Below are positions 25,963-38,702 of a DNA stretch of 64,000 nucleotides, piece after piece. Positions within the stretch are counted from its first letter, which is position 1. Every line of letters starts with the position of its first letter. Below the pieces are notes generated by a model that searched no databases, was not told the origin of the DNA, and saw nothing but the letters and a program-made list of their open reading frames with translations. Both the position numbers and the translations under genes were made by a program. The stretch is from Octopus sinensis (Eukaryota): positions 28,644,001-28,708,000 of the forward strand of contig NC_042998.1 of NCBI RefSeq assembly GCF_006345805.1. The letters run 5' to 3'.

Positions 25963-26715
25963 ACTTTTCATACCCGATATCTTTGTATACCCGAAATCTT
26001 TGAAAGCTACAAGAAATAGATTTGTATACCCGACATGTCTGTATACCCGAAATCTACTTTCCATACCCGAAATCTTTATATACCCGATATCTTTGTATAC
26101 ACGAAATCTTTATATACCCGATATCTTTGTATACCCGAAATCTTTGAAAGCTACAAGAAATAGATTTGTATACCCGTCATGTCTGTATACCCGAAATCTT
26201 TATAGACCCGAAATCTTTATATACCCATTTCTTTACTACACACAAGGGGCTAAACACAGAGAGGACAAACATAGGGATTAAGTCGATTATATCGACTCCA
26301 GTGCGTAACTGGTACTTAATTTATCGACCCCGAAAGGATGAAAGGCAAAGTCGACCTCGGCGGAATTTGAACTCAGGACGTAACGACAGACGAAATACCG
26401 CTAAGCATTTCGCCCGGCGTGCTAACGACTCCGCCATACCCGATATCTTTGTATATACGAAATCTTTATATACCCGAAATCTTTGAAAGCTTTGTATACC
26501 CATTATATCTGTATACCCGAAATCTTCATAGACCCGAAATCTACTTTCCATACCCGAAATCTTTATATACCCGATATCTTTGTATACACGAAATCTTTAT
26601 ATACCCGATATCTTTGTATACCCGAAATCTTTGAAAGCTACAAGAAATAGATTTGTATACCTGACATGTTTGTATACCCGAAATCTACTTCTATACCAGA
26701 AATCTTTAAAAGCTA
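25963..26715. repeat. 16-bp minisatellite with 144-bp higher-order unit
   Basis: ATACCCGAAATCTTT(G/A)T-type monomers; GAAAGCTACAAG marker at 26002, 26146 and 26633; SINE A inserted at ~26227-26434. Confidence 0.9.
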
Positions 26716-26722
26716 CTACAGA

Positions 26723-28567
26723 TATATCACTATCAATAACTAACAGGGTATCAGTTCAGAAATAGTAAGGGGAAAATTAACCATTTCCTCTACATGGATG
26801 ATCTGAAAATTTTTAGAAAGAATGAAAAAGCGATAGATTCCTTAATATAGACTGTAAGACTCTTCAGCAAAGATATGGGCGTGGAATTTGGCATAGATAA
26901 GTGTGCAATATTAGTCATGAAAAGGAGACATGTAGTGAACAGCGAAGGCATCCAATTACCAGACATTAAAATCATTGAAAAGAGGAGAGAGTTATAGGTG
27001 TCTAGGCGTATTAGAAATGAAAACGAAAATTGAGGAGTACATCAAAAGGGTGAGGAAGCTAATGAAGTCAGAGCTAAATGGTCCGAATCTAGTGAAGGCT
27101 GTTAATACTTATTTCTTTATTACCCACAAAGAGCTAAACATAGAGTGGACAAACAAGGACAGACAAAGGGATTAAGTCGATTACATCGACCCCAGTGCGT
27201 AACTGGTACTTAATTTAATCGACCCCAAAAGGATGAAAGGCAAAGTCGACCTCGGCAGAATTTGAACTCAGAACGTAACGGCAGACGAAATACTGCTAAG
27301 CATTTCGTCCGGCGTTGTAACGTTTTTGCCAGCTCGCCGCCTTAAGGCTGTTAATACTTGGGCATTCTTAGATACTCAGCAGCTTTTGTAGATTTGACAA
27401 AATCTGAATTAGCAAAGCTAGACAGAAGAACTAGATATGAATTCAATATAAATGGAGGAATCCACCCGAGGACAGGAGCAGCAAGATTACACCTACCTGA
27501 AAAGGAAGGTGGAAGAGGGTTACTATCAGTAGAAGACTGCGTGGAGTTAGCTAGAGTAGGTATATACTACTTTGTAGGTAATAGCGAATAAAGCTTATTA
27601 AAAGCTGCTAGAATCATAGCAAGACGTTAGGAAACCAAAAACCCAAACAAACTTAAAAAACCAGGAAAAGAACAACAATTATCTGACTAGCAGGAGAAGG
27701 CGTTGCATGGAAGATTCCCAAAGACAGTTTCAGCAAATAGAGTAGTGAGACATGGTTATGGTTACAGAAAGGAAAAATGAAAAGGGAGGCAGAAAGTTTA
27801 ATAGCAGCACAAGATCAAGCATCAAGGACTCATTGGATAAAGGTTAAGGTAGACAAATAACAAGTAGATTCCTAATGTGGGCTGTACAAATCAAAAGAGG
27901 AAAGTGTTTCTCTTATAGTAAATGATTGTAGCGTGTTGGCGCACAAAGAATACAAGAAAAGACATGACAATCTAGGGAGAGCAATCCACTGGGAGATATG
28001 TAGAAAGCTAGGATTTGAACATACTGATAAATGGTATGAATATGAATTTAGAAAAGTACTATAATGTGAGAAATATAAGATATGTGGGACTTTAACATTC
28101 AGACTGGCAGAGTAATAGAAGCTATTTAGTAGTAGTAGATTAGTAGTAGTGGATAAAGAGAATAGAAAATAGCAGATAATTGACTATGCAGTCCCAAATG
28201 GGGAAAAAAATCAATATGAGAAATATAGAAAAAATAGCAAAGTACCAGGATCCAGCCATTGAATTAGAGAGACTATGGAAAGTGCGGGTAAGATGTATCT
28301 CAGTAGTTATAGGTGCATTAGGAACTGTCTCTAAAGATCTGAACAGATGGATAGAGGAGATAGGCATAAAATCCAGTTTAGTACAGCTGCAGAAAACAGT
28401 GTTATTAGGAACAGCTAGGATATTTAGTAGGGTTCTCGGCATCTAAGGTTACTTGTTGTAGCCCAATGTTAGGAATTGTTTTCTTTTCCAACAATCTAAT
28501 CTGTTGTGTGTATATGAAAGATAATGATAACAGCAGCAACAACAACAACAATAATAATAATAATAAT
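26723..28567 (+). mobile_element. 5'-truncated R4/Dong-like LINE (RT to RLE endonuclease), decayed
   Basis: YMDD at 26791-26802, EFGIDKC, GGRGL, RHDN...HW, IIDYAVP, LQKTVLLGTARI; stop at 28446; (CAA/AAT)n tail. Confidence 0.9.
27111..27343 (-). mobile_element. SINE A1 inserted into the LINE
   Basis: 16-bp TSD AAGGCTGTTAATACTT at 27095-27110 and 27344-27359. Confidence 0.95.
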
Positions 28568-29175
28568 CCCTGACATTTTTCCCAACAAAAGTTTGACATT
28601 TTCTTAGAAAGCGGCTCAGGTTATTTTCTTATATATTTCTCCTTTTTGATTCTGTTTGTTGAATATTTAATGCCATAATAATTATGCGATATGTGTTTCT
28701 CTGCGTGTGTGGATTTTGACTCATATTTCTAAGACGGAAGAGAAAGTTTAAACTTAAAATATACCCAGGCCGTAATTATCTCTGATAAAAATACATTTCC
28801 AAACGTTCCAACGTCGTGTGCTTGAACTAATTATACAGAAGCCTGTTTCAGTCAATAAAGGGGCATAATTATCACCATCATCATCAGTACCAACATCATT
28901 TTCATCATCAGAATCAACAGCTCTAGCGATTGAGTTCCTTCATGCTTTGCATGGGTCGTATAGATCTCAGATTGCGTCGGTTCTTATCATAGCTCTTTGC
29001 TGTCTGGTCCTCTGAAGGTTAGAGAAAATCATCAATAGCAGGGTGCTGTGTGGGTACATACCCACACACACGTATACATGTGTGTGTGTGTTTGTATGCT
29101 TGTGTGTTTAGTGATGCAAACAGGAAAAATAGAACTCGAAACATGAGTGTGAGTATATATATATTAAAAGAGGTC

Positions 29176-29560
29176 GTGGAGGCGCAATGGCCCAGTGGTT
29201 GGGGCAGCGGACTCGCGGTCGGAGGATCGCGGTTTCGATTCCCAGACCGGGTGTTGTGAGTGTTTATTGAGCGAAAACACCTAAAAGCTCCACGAGGCAT
29301 CCGGCAGGGGATGGTGGTGCACCCTGCTGTACTCTTTCACCACAACTTTCTCTCGCTCTTTCTTCCTGTTTCTCTTGTACCTGTATTTCAAAGGGCCAGC
29401 CTTGTCACACTCTGTGTCACGCTGAGTCTCCCCGAGAACTACGTTAAGGGCACTCGTGTCTGTGGAGTGCTCAGCCACTTGCACATTAATATCACGAGCA
29501 AGCTGTTCCGTTGATCGTATCAGCTGGGACCCTCATCGTCGCAACCGACGGAGTGCTCCT
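29176..29560 (+). mobile_element. SINE family C1, full length
   Basis: Same as 23264; flanked by a repeated GAGTATATATATTAAAAGAGGTC. Confidence 0.9.
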
Positions 29561-29587
29561 AAAAGAAAGGAGAAGAGAGTATATATA

Positions 29588-29839
29588 TTAAAAGAGGTCA
29601 TTCTTTGCCACATGTGTCCTCTTCTTTTTCTTTTCTTCTTCTCTTCTATCTCCCAGCTCTTCTTCCTCAATGCTGGTGCTTCTCACCCTCTGTAATGTCA
29701 CGTCTTTTCCCTCCACGGACTGTGGAACACCTACCGTTTTTTTTTCACTCTCCTCGGCCTTTTCCAGTGATGGAGGGCGCTCGACTCTAATGTAGCCCTT
29801 CAGGCCACATTTATAACACCGCGGAAATCTTCCCTCCAC
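29588..29839 (-). pseudogene. Degenerate gag/ORF1-like CCHC zinc-knuckle fragment
   Basis: RCYKCGLKGYIRVER is C-x2-C-x4-(H>Y)-x4-(C>R), followed by a charged tail. Confidence 0.5.
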
Positions 29840-29906
29840 TCAAACAGGGAAAATAGAAATCGAAACATGAGTGTGTGTGTGCATATATATATATATATAT
29901 ATTAAA

Positions 29907-30232
29907 GGAGCGCTCCGTCGGTCACGACGACGAGGGTCCCAGCTGATACGATCAACGGAATAGCCTGCTCGTGAAATTAACGTGCACGTGACTGAGCAAT
30001 CCACAGACACGTGTACCCGTAACGTAGTTCTCGGGGAGATTCAGCGTGACACAGAATGTGACAAGGCCGGCTTTTTGAAATACAGCTAATACTCATTTTT
30101 GCCAGCTTAGTGGACTGGAGCAACGTGAAATAAAGGGTCTTGCTCAAGGACATAACGCGTGGCCAGATATTTGTACTCATGACCTTACGACTGTGAGCCG
30201 AATGCCCAAGCCACTAAACTGTGTGCCTTGGG
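29907..30232 (-). mobile_element. SINE family G carrying the C1-type tail
   Basis: Core as at 18933; tail as at 23450-23641. Confidence 0.8.
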
Positions 30233-30362
30233 ACACACGCACACACATTTAACAGAAGCAACAAACTGACTCAATGGTCGAGTGTTTCGTACATTAGCAC
30301 TTATCATGGTGCCCCAGCGTGGCTGCTATCATCGGATTGAAACTAGAAAAGAAAATACGTAT

Positions 30363-30409
<47 letters not shown>

Positions 30410-30468
30410 ATATATATATATATATATTATATATATATATATATACATATATATACATATATATATAC

Positions 30469-30508
<40 letters not shown>

Positions 30509-30536
30509 TATATATATATATATAATATATATATAT

Positions 30537-31037
<501 letters not shown>

Positions 31038-31042
31038 TATAC

Positions 31043-31104
<62 letters not shown>

Positions 31105-31117
31105 CATATATATATAT

Positions 31118-31496
31118 ACATATTCATTTTTATGTTATAGAGGGCATTTATGTGTAAAAATTCCCCTCTATAAAATAAAAATGAATACTTTTAAAGAAAA
31201 AAATTGATGGATTTTTTTCCCTTATGAGGTTTTTCACGCTAACTACTTGATAAATTCTTATAAAGATTTTATCCTATTTTTAAATCATATATAATATAAT
31301 CGTATATAATTTAAAAGTAGCAGAAATATAACAAAAGCTGTTAATCAGAGCTTCACGATCCCGTTCGTCGGACAGTTTGTTAAAATTTTTTTAACAAAAG
31401 TGTCCGTAATATGCTTTAAATAAGCATATTACTCTACCTCTGGTATTTGAGTACTCTTTTTTTCCACCTTGTTTCACATTTATGTGCTTACTCCGG

Positions 31497-31497
<1 letters not shown>
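31118..31497. repeat. 380-bp unit, copy 2
   Basis: No differences from copy 1 seen by eye; offset 581 bp. Confidence 0.85.
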
Positions 31498-31562
<65 letters not shown>

Positions 31563-31583
31563 TATATATATATTTATATTATA

Positions 31584-31823
31584 TGAGGGTACTACTATTC
31601 GTAGATACCAACACGCTAAGAGGGACCAATGCGGTCCCTCTTAGCGTGTTGGTATCTACGAATAGTAGTACCCTCAATATAATATAAATGAATATTTTCA
31701 AAGAGGAACAATTTACGGATAAGAGGGACCGCATTGGTCCCTCTTAGCGTGTTGGTATCTACGAATAGTAGTACCCTCAATATAATATAAATGAATATTT
31801 TCAAAGAGGAAGAATTTACGGAT
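31584..31823. repeat. 44-bp-arm perfect palindrome plus 103-bp tandem copy with inverted loop
   Basis: Arms 31584-31627 and 31633-31676, loop AATGC; the second loop is GCATT at 31731-31735. Confidence 0.95.
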
Positions 31824-32158
31824 TTTTTCTCTTACGAGGTTTTTCACGCTGACTACTGATAATTTCTTTCAAAGATTTTATCCTCAATTGTTAAAATATA
31901 TATATATATATATATATAACTTATCAAACGTTGTGATGTGTGACGTTCAGCTACTCAATAAATGAAAAATGCATTAAATACGGCAAAACGTACACGTAGG
32001 ACAGACACAGAAGGACCCTAATTCTTCATCAGTTATCGACCCAAAACATTAATACTCAGTATGTTTTGTAGTATTTAATGCATGTTTCATTTATAGAGTA
32101 ACTGAATGCTACGCATCTCGACTTTTGATAACAGTAAGTTTATATTTTTATAATTATG

Positions 32159-32240
32159 AGTATAATTATAGTTAGGGTTCAGCAAAGATTTGCTTTACCA
32201 CATACCGAAAAATTTGCTAAACCCTAACTATAATTATACT
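32159..32240. repeat. Hairpin with 21-bp perfect outer stem
   Basis: AGTATAATTATAGTTAGGGTT / AACCCTAACTATAATTATACT, plus inner AGCAAA/TTTGCT. Confidence 0.9.
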
Positions 32241-32494
32241 AATAATTATAAAAATATTAAGTTTACCGATAAATGGTCCTTTTAACATGCCGAATACTAC
32301 TTGGTGGAATTATAAATTACTAGTTAATTAATTAATTTTACCCTTTATTATTATTGATTATATAAGTTTATATATATATATATATATAACAATTTAATAA
32401 ATAAAATATATGCATACATACATACATATATGTACGTACCTATATCTATATGTATATATACATGCATATATATATATATATATATATATGAGTA

Positions 32495-32810
32495 CAGGAC
32501 ACCACAAATAAACGTAGAACACAACGAGAAACGAAAACATAAAAAACAAACAAGGAAACGAACTTTTTTTAACAACTAAAAAACAGAGTACAAGACAAAC
32601 AATACAAGGAATATTCCCCTTCATAAGCTGCCCCTGGTTCGACTCAATGCGTGTTTCGAAGGTAAGGGTAAAACACGATCCGGCCGAAGCAGTCCTTTCT
32701 GCAAAATGAAATAAATAAAATTCCTTTGCAGAGGGGTAAAACAAAGAAAGAAAAAAGTGACAAGAACAGGACGTAAAAGCAATACAAATAAAAATACAGT
32801 ACACATAAAG
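32495..32810 (-). repeat. Interspersed AT-rich repeat, homologous to 63320-63545 (+)
   Basis: Shared CCTTCGAAA..C(T/T)GA.GAAGGGGAATATTC..GTTTTCT blocks. Confidence 0.65.
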
Positions 32811-34595
32811 AATAAAATATATATATACGCGCAGGAGTGGTTGTGCGCTTCTGGGTTCAGTTTTACTGTGTGGAACCTTGAGCAAGTGTCTTCTACTATA
32901 GCCTCGGGCCGACCAAAGCCTTCTGAGTGGATTTGGTAGACGGAAACTGAAAGAAACCCGTCGTGTATATATATGTGTGTGTGTATGTTTGTCCCCACTC
33001 CGCGATGCTGGTGTGTTTACGGGAAAAGAAACCGATAGAATACGGCTTACAAAGAATAAGTCGTGGGTCGATTAGCTCAACTAAAGGCGGTGCTCCAGCA
33101 TGGCCACAATCAAATGACTGAGACGAATAAAAGAATATATATATGTATTTATATACATATGAGTGTGTATGAATATATATATATGTATATATGAGTGTGT
33201 GTGTGTGTGTGTTTATATATGTTCATGTGTACGTCTGCGTAACAATTTTAAATTTCCTTTTAAAAAAAAAACTGAGTAATTCCAGTTTAAGAGAAAATAC
33301 ACAATATATAGAGTACACTGAAGATATGCTTTGAGATTATAGCTCTTACAAGATCAGGTGTGCAGCCTCTCCTTTAGAATTTATGTGGGAACAGACAAAG
33401 CTTAGAGGGAATATACATGTGTTTATCTGCATACACTAGCGCGCATGCACATTAGATTTTTTTTTATCTAGAGAGAGACAGATAAGAAGGAAAGAGCGAC
33501 TAAGTGAGAGAGGGAGAGCGAAGGAGAAAGGGAAAGAGAGAATATTTGTACTGCACGAGGTCCTTTCTAGTACAATCCATTTTATTGCATAGGCTGCGGA
33601 ATTTTGCGTCTCTGACATTCTTTTACTCTTTTACTTGTTTCAGTCCTTTGATTGTGGCCATGCACCTAGAAAATTCCCCCCCAAGACAAGAGTCCAGGCA
33701 AGGTTGTTTATGGAAGACAAGCAATCAGCCATCCATACCAGTTTCCCCTCTCCATGTCACCGATGTTATCCAAAGGAAAAAGCAAAAGCCGATACAGCTT
33801 GGCGCCAGTGACGACGCAACTCATTTCTACAGCTGAGTGAAACAAAGTGCTTTGCTCAAGAACACAACACACTACATAGTCCAAGAATTGAACTCACTAC
33901 CTCATGATTGTTAGCCCGACGCTCTAACCACTTCATACAAGTAAAATACAATTAGATATGGTCAACTACATGTTAAGATATAAATGTGACCATAACCAAT
34001 AAATTTTATTACACTTTTCTGATTCAGTTAAAATACAGTGCACCGAGATTGGACATCAGTTAAATAGTCACAAAGTCAATGTTTTAAGATTTGTGGAGTA
34101 AGTCGAGATTGGAGTCTCTGGAGAAATTCAAGTATAGATCAAAGTCGATTTTGCCTTTTCGCTGACTATGAAAGACAACTCGAAATTAAAGGCAACTCTA
34201 GAAAACGTTGATTCCAGATGAAAAAGAGCTCTAGAGCAGAACCATTTCTATTTATTTTCTTGTAGAAATTTTAAATATCAAAAGATGATCGAGTCGAAAA
34301 TTCGCTGGTCGAAAGTTGACATTCGGAGTGAAATTATAATCCACAGTATAAAGAGCTGATATGGCTGACACTAAACACACATGTATGTATATGTGCGTAC
34401 ATATGTGTGATATTCGACTGATATTCTAGTATCTAAAGCGTATTACACGGCGAGTGCATGCTTGTGTATATCAATGTCTGTGTATCCATTAATATCAGTA
34501 TCTATGAGATACGTGTGTCCATGCATTCGTTTCTCTCTATATGACCTAGTTTCTCTACAAGTGTATGCGTGTATGAGTGTCTATCCATACATATC

Positions 34596-34834
34596 TATTT
34601 CTTTATTACCCATAAAGGGCTTTATTACCCACAGAGGGGACAAACAAGGACAGACATAGGTCTTAAGTCGATTACATCGACACCAGTGCGTAACTGGTAC
34701 TTAAATTTATCGACCCCCGAAAGGATGAAAGGCAAAGTCGACGTCGGCGGAATTTGAACTTAGAACGTAGCGGCGGACGAAATACTGCAAAGCATTTCGC
34801 CCGGCGTGCTAACGATTCTGCCAGCTCACCGCCT
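34596..34834 (-). mobile_element. SINE A1 with TSD
   Basis: 16-bp TSD TCTATCCATACATATC at 34580-34595 and 34835-34850; sits within a ~105-bp local duplication. Confidence 0.9.
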
Positions 34835-35426
34835 TCTATCCATACATATCAGTATCTATGAATATACGTGTGTCCATGCATTCGCTTCCCTTTATACGAA
34901 TTAGCTTCTCTACAAGTGTATGCGTGTATGTCTGTCTGTCTATCTGCAGTAATCTGTTTTTCTTTTCCTGCATTGTATTAACAATTAAAAAAACAATATC
35001 GTTTGTAACTCTGCTGGATCTCAAACCGATTAATACAAAAGTTTGTGCACATTTTTTTATGAGTGTGTGACAGAGGGGCAGCATCAGTATTTGCTTAAAT
35101 CTCTCTACGATGTATAATTGTACGTGAGTCTATGTGTGTGTCGGCCTGTCTGCTTTCATTTGCTCCTGGTCTTCTTTTGTATGTTATCAATTAAAAAATT
35201 ATCGTTTGTATTTATTTGCTAGGTCTCTAGTTGATTAATACAAAGGTAAACTAATGTAGTGTTCAAAGGCGAATTAATATAGTCATCTCTTCGATAAGAT
35301 TGATGTATAATTTTTGCTTATGTGTTTGTCTCGCTCGGTGTGTGTGTGTGGTCTTCTCAATCAAAGTCTGGCGTGGGACAAAACAATAACGCTGATGACG
35401 ACGACGAAGAAGAAGAAGAAGAAGAA

Positions 35427-35470
<44 letters not shown>

Positions 35471-36039
35471 GGAAAAAGGAGAAGGAAAAAGAAGAAGAAG
35501 AGGAAGAAGAAGGGGGAAGGGGAAGAGTAAGGAGAAGAAGAAGAAGAAGAAGACTATTGCAGTCTAACTTTGAACTTGACCCTTCCTTTCTTGCTTCGCT
35601 ATATTGCTAAAACCAAGATTTCTAATCGCTGCCGAGGGTAAAATAGAAATTCACATTTTGGCATTATTAATGGCATTATATATTTGCAGGTGTGAATGAC
35701 TTTTTTTTTTTATTCTATTCGTTTTTATTTTATTTAGGCGAATCATAATAATTTCATTTGCGGAAAAAAACAACTGACGTAAAACCAATTTCTCTCCCCG
35801 GTTTTTACTGCGTAATAGGAAGGAAATATGGAATTATGTAATCCGTTAATATATATATATATACATTTGAAAGCCGAAGAACGAATTGAATGAAAGATAA
35901 GCCTAACCCTCGTGCACTTCTTCCCAGCTTACCATTCTTATACGTTTTCAAACTGAACATTAGAGTGATTCCACAACCGATCAATACAATATACTAATCA
36001 ATATTTTTATTTAACATTATCAGCACACCATAAGAGCTG

Positions 36040-36290
36040 CAAGTTTACTTTCCGAATGCCTTTTGTTTCAGGCAGATAAATTTGGCTTTCGGCCAAACCA
36101 CAGTACAGTTAAACTCCTCACCAACATCTTCTCCCAGGCGGGGGGCCGATTATTTGGCCATATAAAAAGTATGTATTTAAAACCAGCTGTTTGTGCTCGA
36201 CGTAAATATCCAGGTTCCATTGCATTCGAAGTAAACTGCTTATATGGCTGAAAAGCTACTTTCAACGTAGGTCAGTCATGGGTATTCTTT
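36040..36290 (+). mobile_element. CR1/L2/Jockey-like RT fragment
   Basis: KFGFRPNHSTVKLL..LLIWLKSYF resembles Q.GFRP.HST...L.WL.SYL. Confidence 0.55.
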
Positions 36291-36301
36291 GGGTCAGCTA
36301 T

Positions 36302-36884
36302 AAGGCGGTGAGCTGGCAGAAACGTTAGCACGCCGAGCGAAATGCTTAGCCGTATTTCGTCTATCGCTACGTTCTGAGTTCAAATTCCGCCGAGGTCGAC
36401 TTTGCCTTTCATCCTTTCGGGGGTCGATAAATTAAGTACCAGTTACGCACTGGGGTCGATGTAATCGACTTAATCCGTTTGTCTGTCCTTGTTTGTCCCC
36501 TCTGTGTTTAGACCCATGTGGGTAGTAAAGAAATAGGTATTTCGTCTGCTGTTACGTTCTGAGTTCAAATTCAGCTGAGGTCGACTTTGCCTTTCGTCCT
36601 TTCGGGGTCGATAAATTAAGTACCAGTTACGCACTGGGGTCGATATAATCGACTTAATCCGTTTGTCTGCCCTTGTTTGTCCCCTCTGTGTTTAGCCCCT
36701 TGTGGGTAGTAAAGAAATAGGTATTTCGTCTGCCGTTACGTTCTGAGTTCAAATTCCGCCGAGGTCGACTTAGCCTTAAATTAAGTACCAGTTACGCACT
36801 GGGGTCGATGTAATCGACTTAATCCGTTTGTCTGTCCTTGTTTGTCCCCTCTGTGTTTAGACCCATGTGGGTAGTAAAGAAATA
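36302..36884 (+). mobile_element. SINE A1 head-to-tail trimer
   Basis: A single 19-bp TSD GGTATTCTTTGGGTCAGCT at 36281-36299 and 36885-36903. Confidence 0.95.
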
Positions 36885-37219
36885 GGTATTCTTTGGGTCA
36901 GCTCTCGGGCATGTTGCTCTTTACTCATTAGCGAATCCCTCTGAAAAGTTCCAACACTTTTTCCCATTCGGTCGAATGTTTTCATAGATAGTGGTTTTTG
37001 TTTGAATATGAAAACAAGGTGATCCTTTTAGCTGATCGCTTAAACTATTTATAGCAATAAGGTAGAACAAACAAATCTCGAACATAAACTTTGACACGAT
37101 AAAAATACGAGCAGAATACAATGTGTTGTACGTGCAAACACGACGCTTCGACCAAGAGAAAAAAGGAGTACAACAAATATCGAATTGCTCCTTGAAAATG
37201 TAGCCTGTTTACATAGCAA

Positions 37220-37222
37220 CAA

Positions 37223-37262
<40 letters not shown>

Positions 37263-37640
37263 CGTAGTAGTAGTAGTAGTGGTGGTGGTAGTGGTAGTGG
37301 TAGTGGTAGTGGTGGTAGTAGTGGTGGTGGTGGTGGTGGTGGTGGTAGTAGTAGTGGTGGTGGTGGTGGTAGTGGTGGTAGTAGTAGTGGTAGTAGTAGT
37401 GGTCGTAGTGGTAGTGGTGGTGGTAGTAGTAGCGGTAGTAGTAGTGGTCGTAGTGGTAGTGGTGGTGGTAGTAGTAGTGGTGGTGGTGGTGGTGGTAGTG
37501 GTGGTAGTAGTAGAGGTAGTAGTAGTGGTCGTAGTGGTAGTGGTGGTGGTAGTAGTAGTGGTGGTGGTGGTGGTGGTAGTGGTAGTAGTAGTAGTGGTAG
37601 TAGTAGTAGTAGTAGTAGTAGTAGTAATGGTGGTGGTGAT
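37220..37640. repeat. (AGT/GGT)n trinucleotide tract
   Basis: Direct inspection; internal blocks are repeated. Confidence 0.95.
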
Positions 37641-38283
37641 AGAAATTCTGCTTTCCACGAAAGGCATTCGACTAACGGTTGAATATATTCACATTATCTT
37701 CAACGAATATACGCAGTGGCACAGATTACCAGAAAAGCCGAATGTAGATATAAGAAAAATCAATGTATAAAACTTCGATGCATTATAGAATGCGTTGTCC
37801 ATTCGGAATGAATATTTTATAAAGCTCCCCGAATCAGCGCAGACGAAGAAGAAGCTAAAGCTGCGCGAAAATACTTGTCATGAACAGTCTGCGTCAGAGG
37901 AGACAGATCGTTGCAACAACCGTACTGTAGCCTTTGCTAGTTGGTAGCATCGCAGGTCAGAGGTCGGTTATGCAAAACTGGGGATTCTGTTATCCCCATC
38001 CGCATGGGGACATTCTTTCCAAGTCAGATGCCAAATCCCACGAACTGGGTTTTAAAAATCGCCAGTTCAGAGTAATTAGAAACTAGAACGATTTTCCAGA
38101 AACTGTACTCAGAGTTGTCTCAGTCTCCAGCGCAGAAACGAGAATACAAATGCCTGCTTTTACTTACATCCGTACAACATGGATGAATACGTTATCAGCC
38201 TCCTGGAACTCCAAGAGTGGAGAGGGGGCTGTGAGGCAGCGTTCCCCTCTCTCAAGAAAAGAGGTGCGCCCTTCTAAATAATA

Positions 38284-38702
38284 CTTATTTCTTTACTACC
38301 CTCAAGGAGCTAAACACAGAGAGGACAAACAAGGACAGACAAACGGATTAAGTCGATTATATCGACCCCAGTGCGTAACTGGTACTTAATTTATCGACAC
38401 CGAAAGGATGAAAGGCAAAGGCGACTTCGGCGGAATTTGAACTCAGAACGTAGCGGCGGATGAAATACCTATTTCTTTACTTTCCACAAGGGCTAACACA
38501 GAGGGGGCAAACAAGGACAGACAAAGCGATTAAGTCGATTATATCGACCCCAGTGCGTAACTGGTTCTTAATTTATCGACCCCGAAAGGATGAAAGGCAA
38601 AGTCGACTTCGGCGGAATTTGAACTCAGAACGTAACGGCAGATGAAATACTGCTAAGCATTTCGCCCGGCGTGCTAACGTTTCTGCCAGCTCACCGCCTT
38701 GT
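38284..38702 (-). mobile_element. SINE A multimer
   Basis: 14-bp TSD CCTTCTAAATAATA at 38270-38283 and 38703-38716. Confidence 0.9.

Noticed and set aside
25963-26715. CRISPR-like array
   Set aside because: Contiguous degenerate monomers without unique spacers; eukaryotic context; no cas genes
32600-32670. Type-II hammerhead in the 32495/63320 family
   Set aside because: GAAA and CUGANGA-like words are present, but stems I and III do not form in either copy
37185-37770. Gly/Ser, poly-Thr and poly-Val ORFs
   Set aside because: All frames are open because of the (AGT/GGT)n repeat; no splice or domain support
37680-38270. Unique GC-moderate stretch as gene or gag relic
   Set aside because: No sustained ORF or recognisable motif
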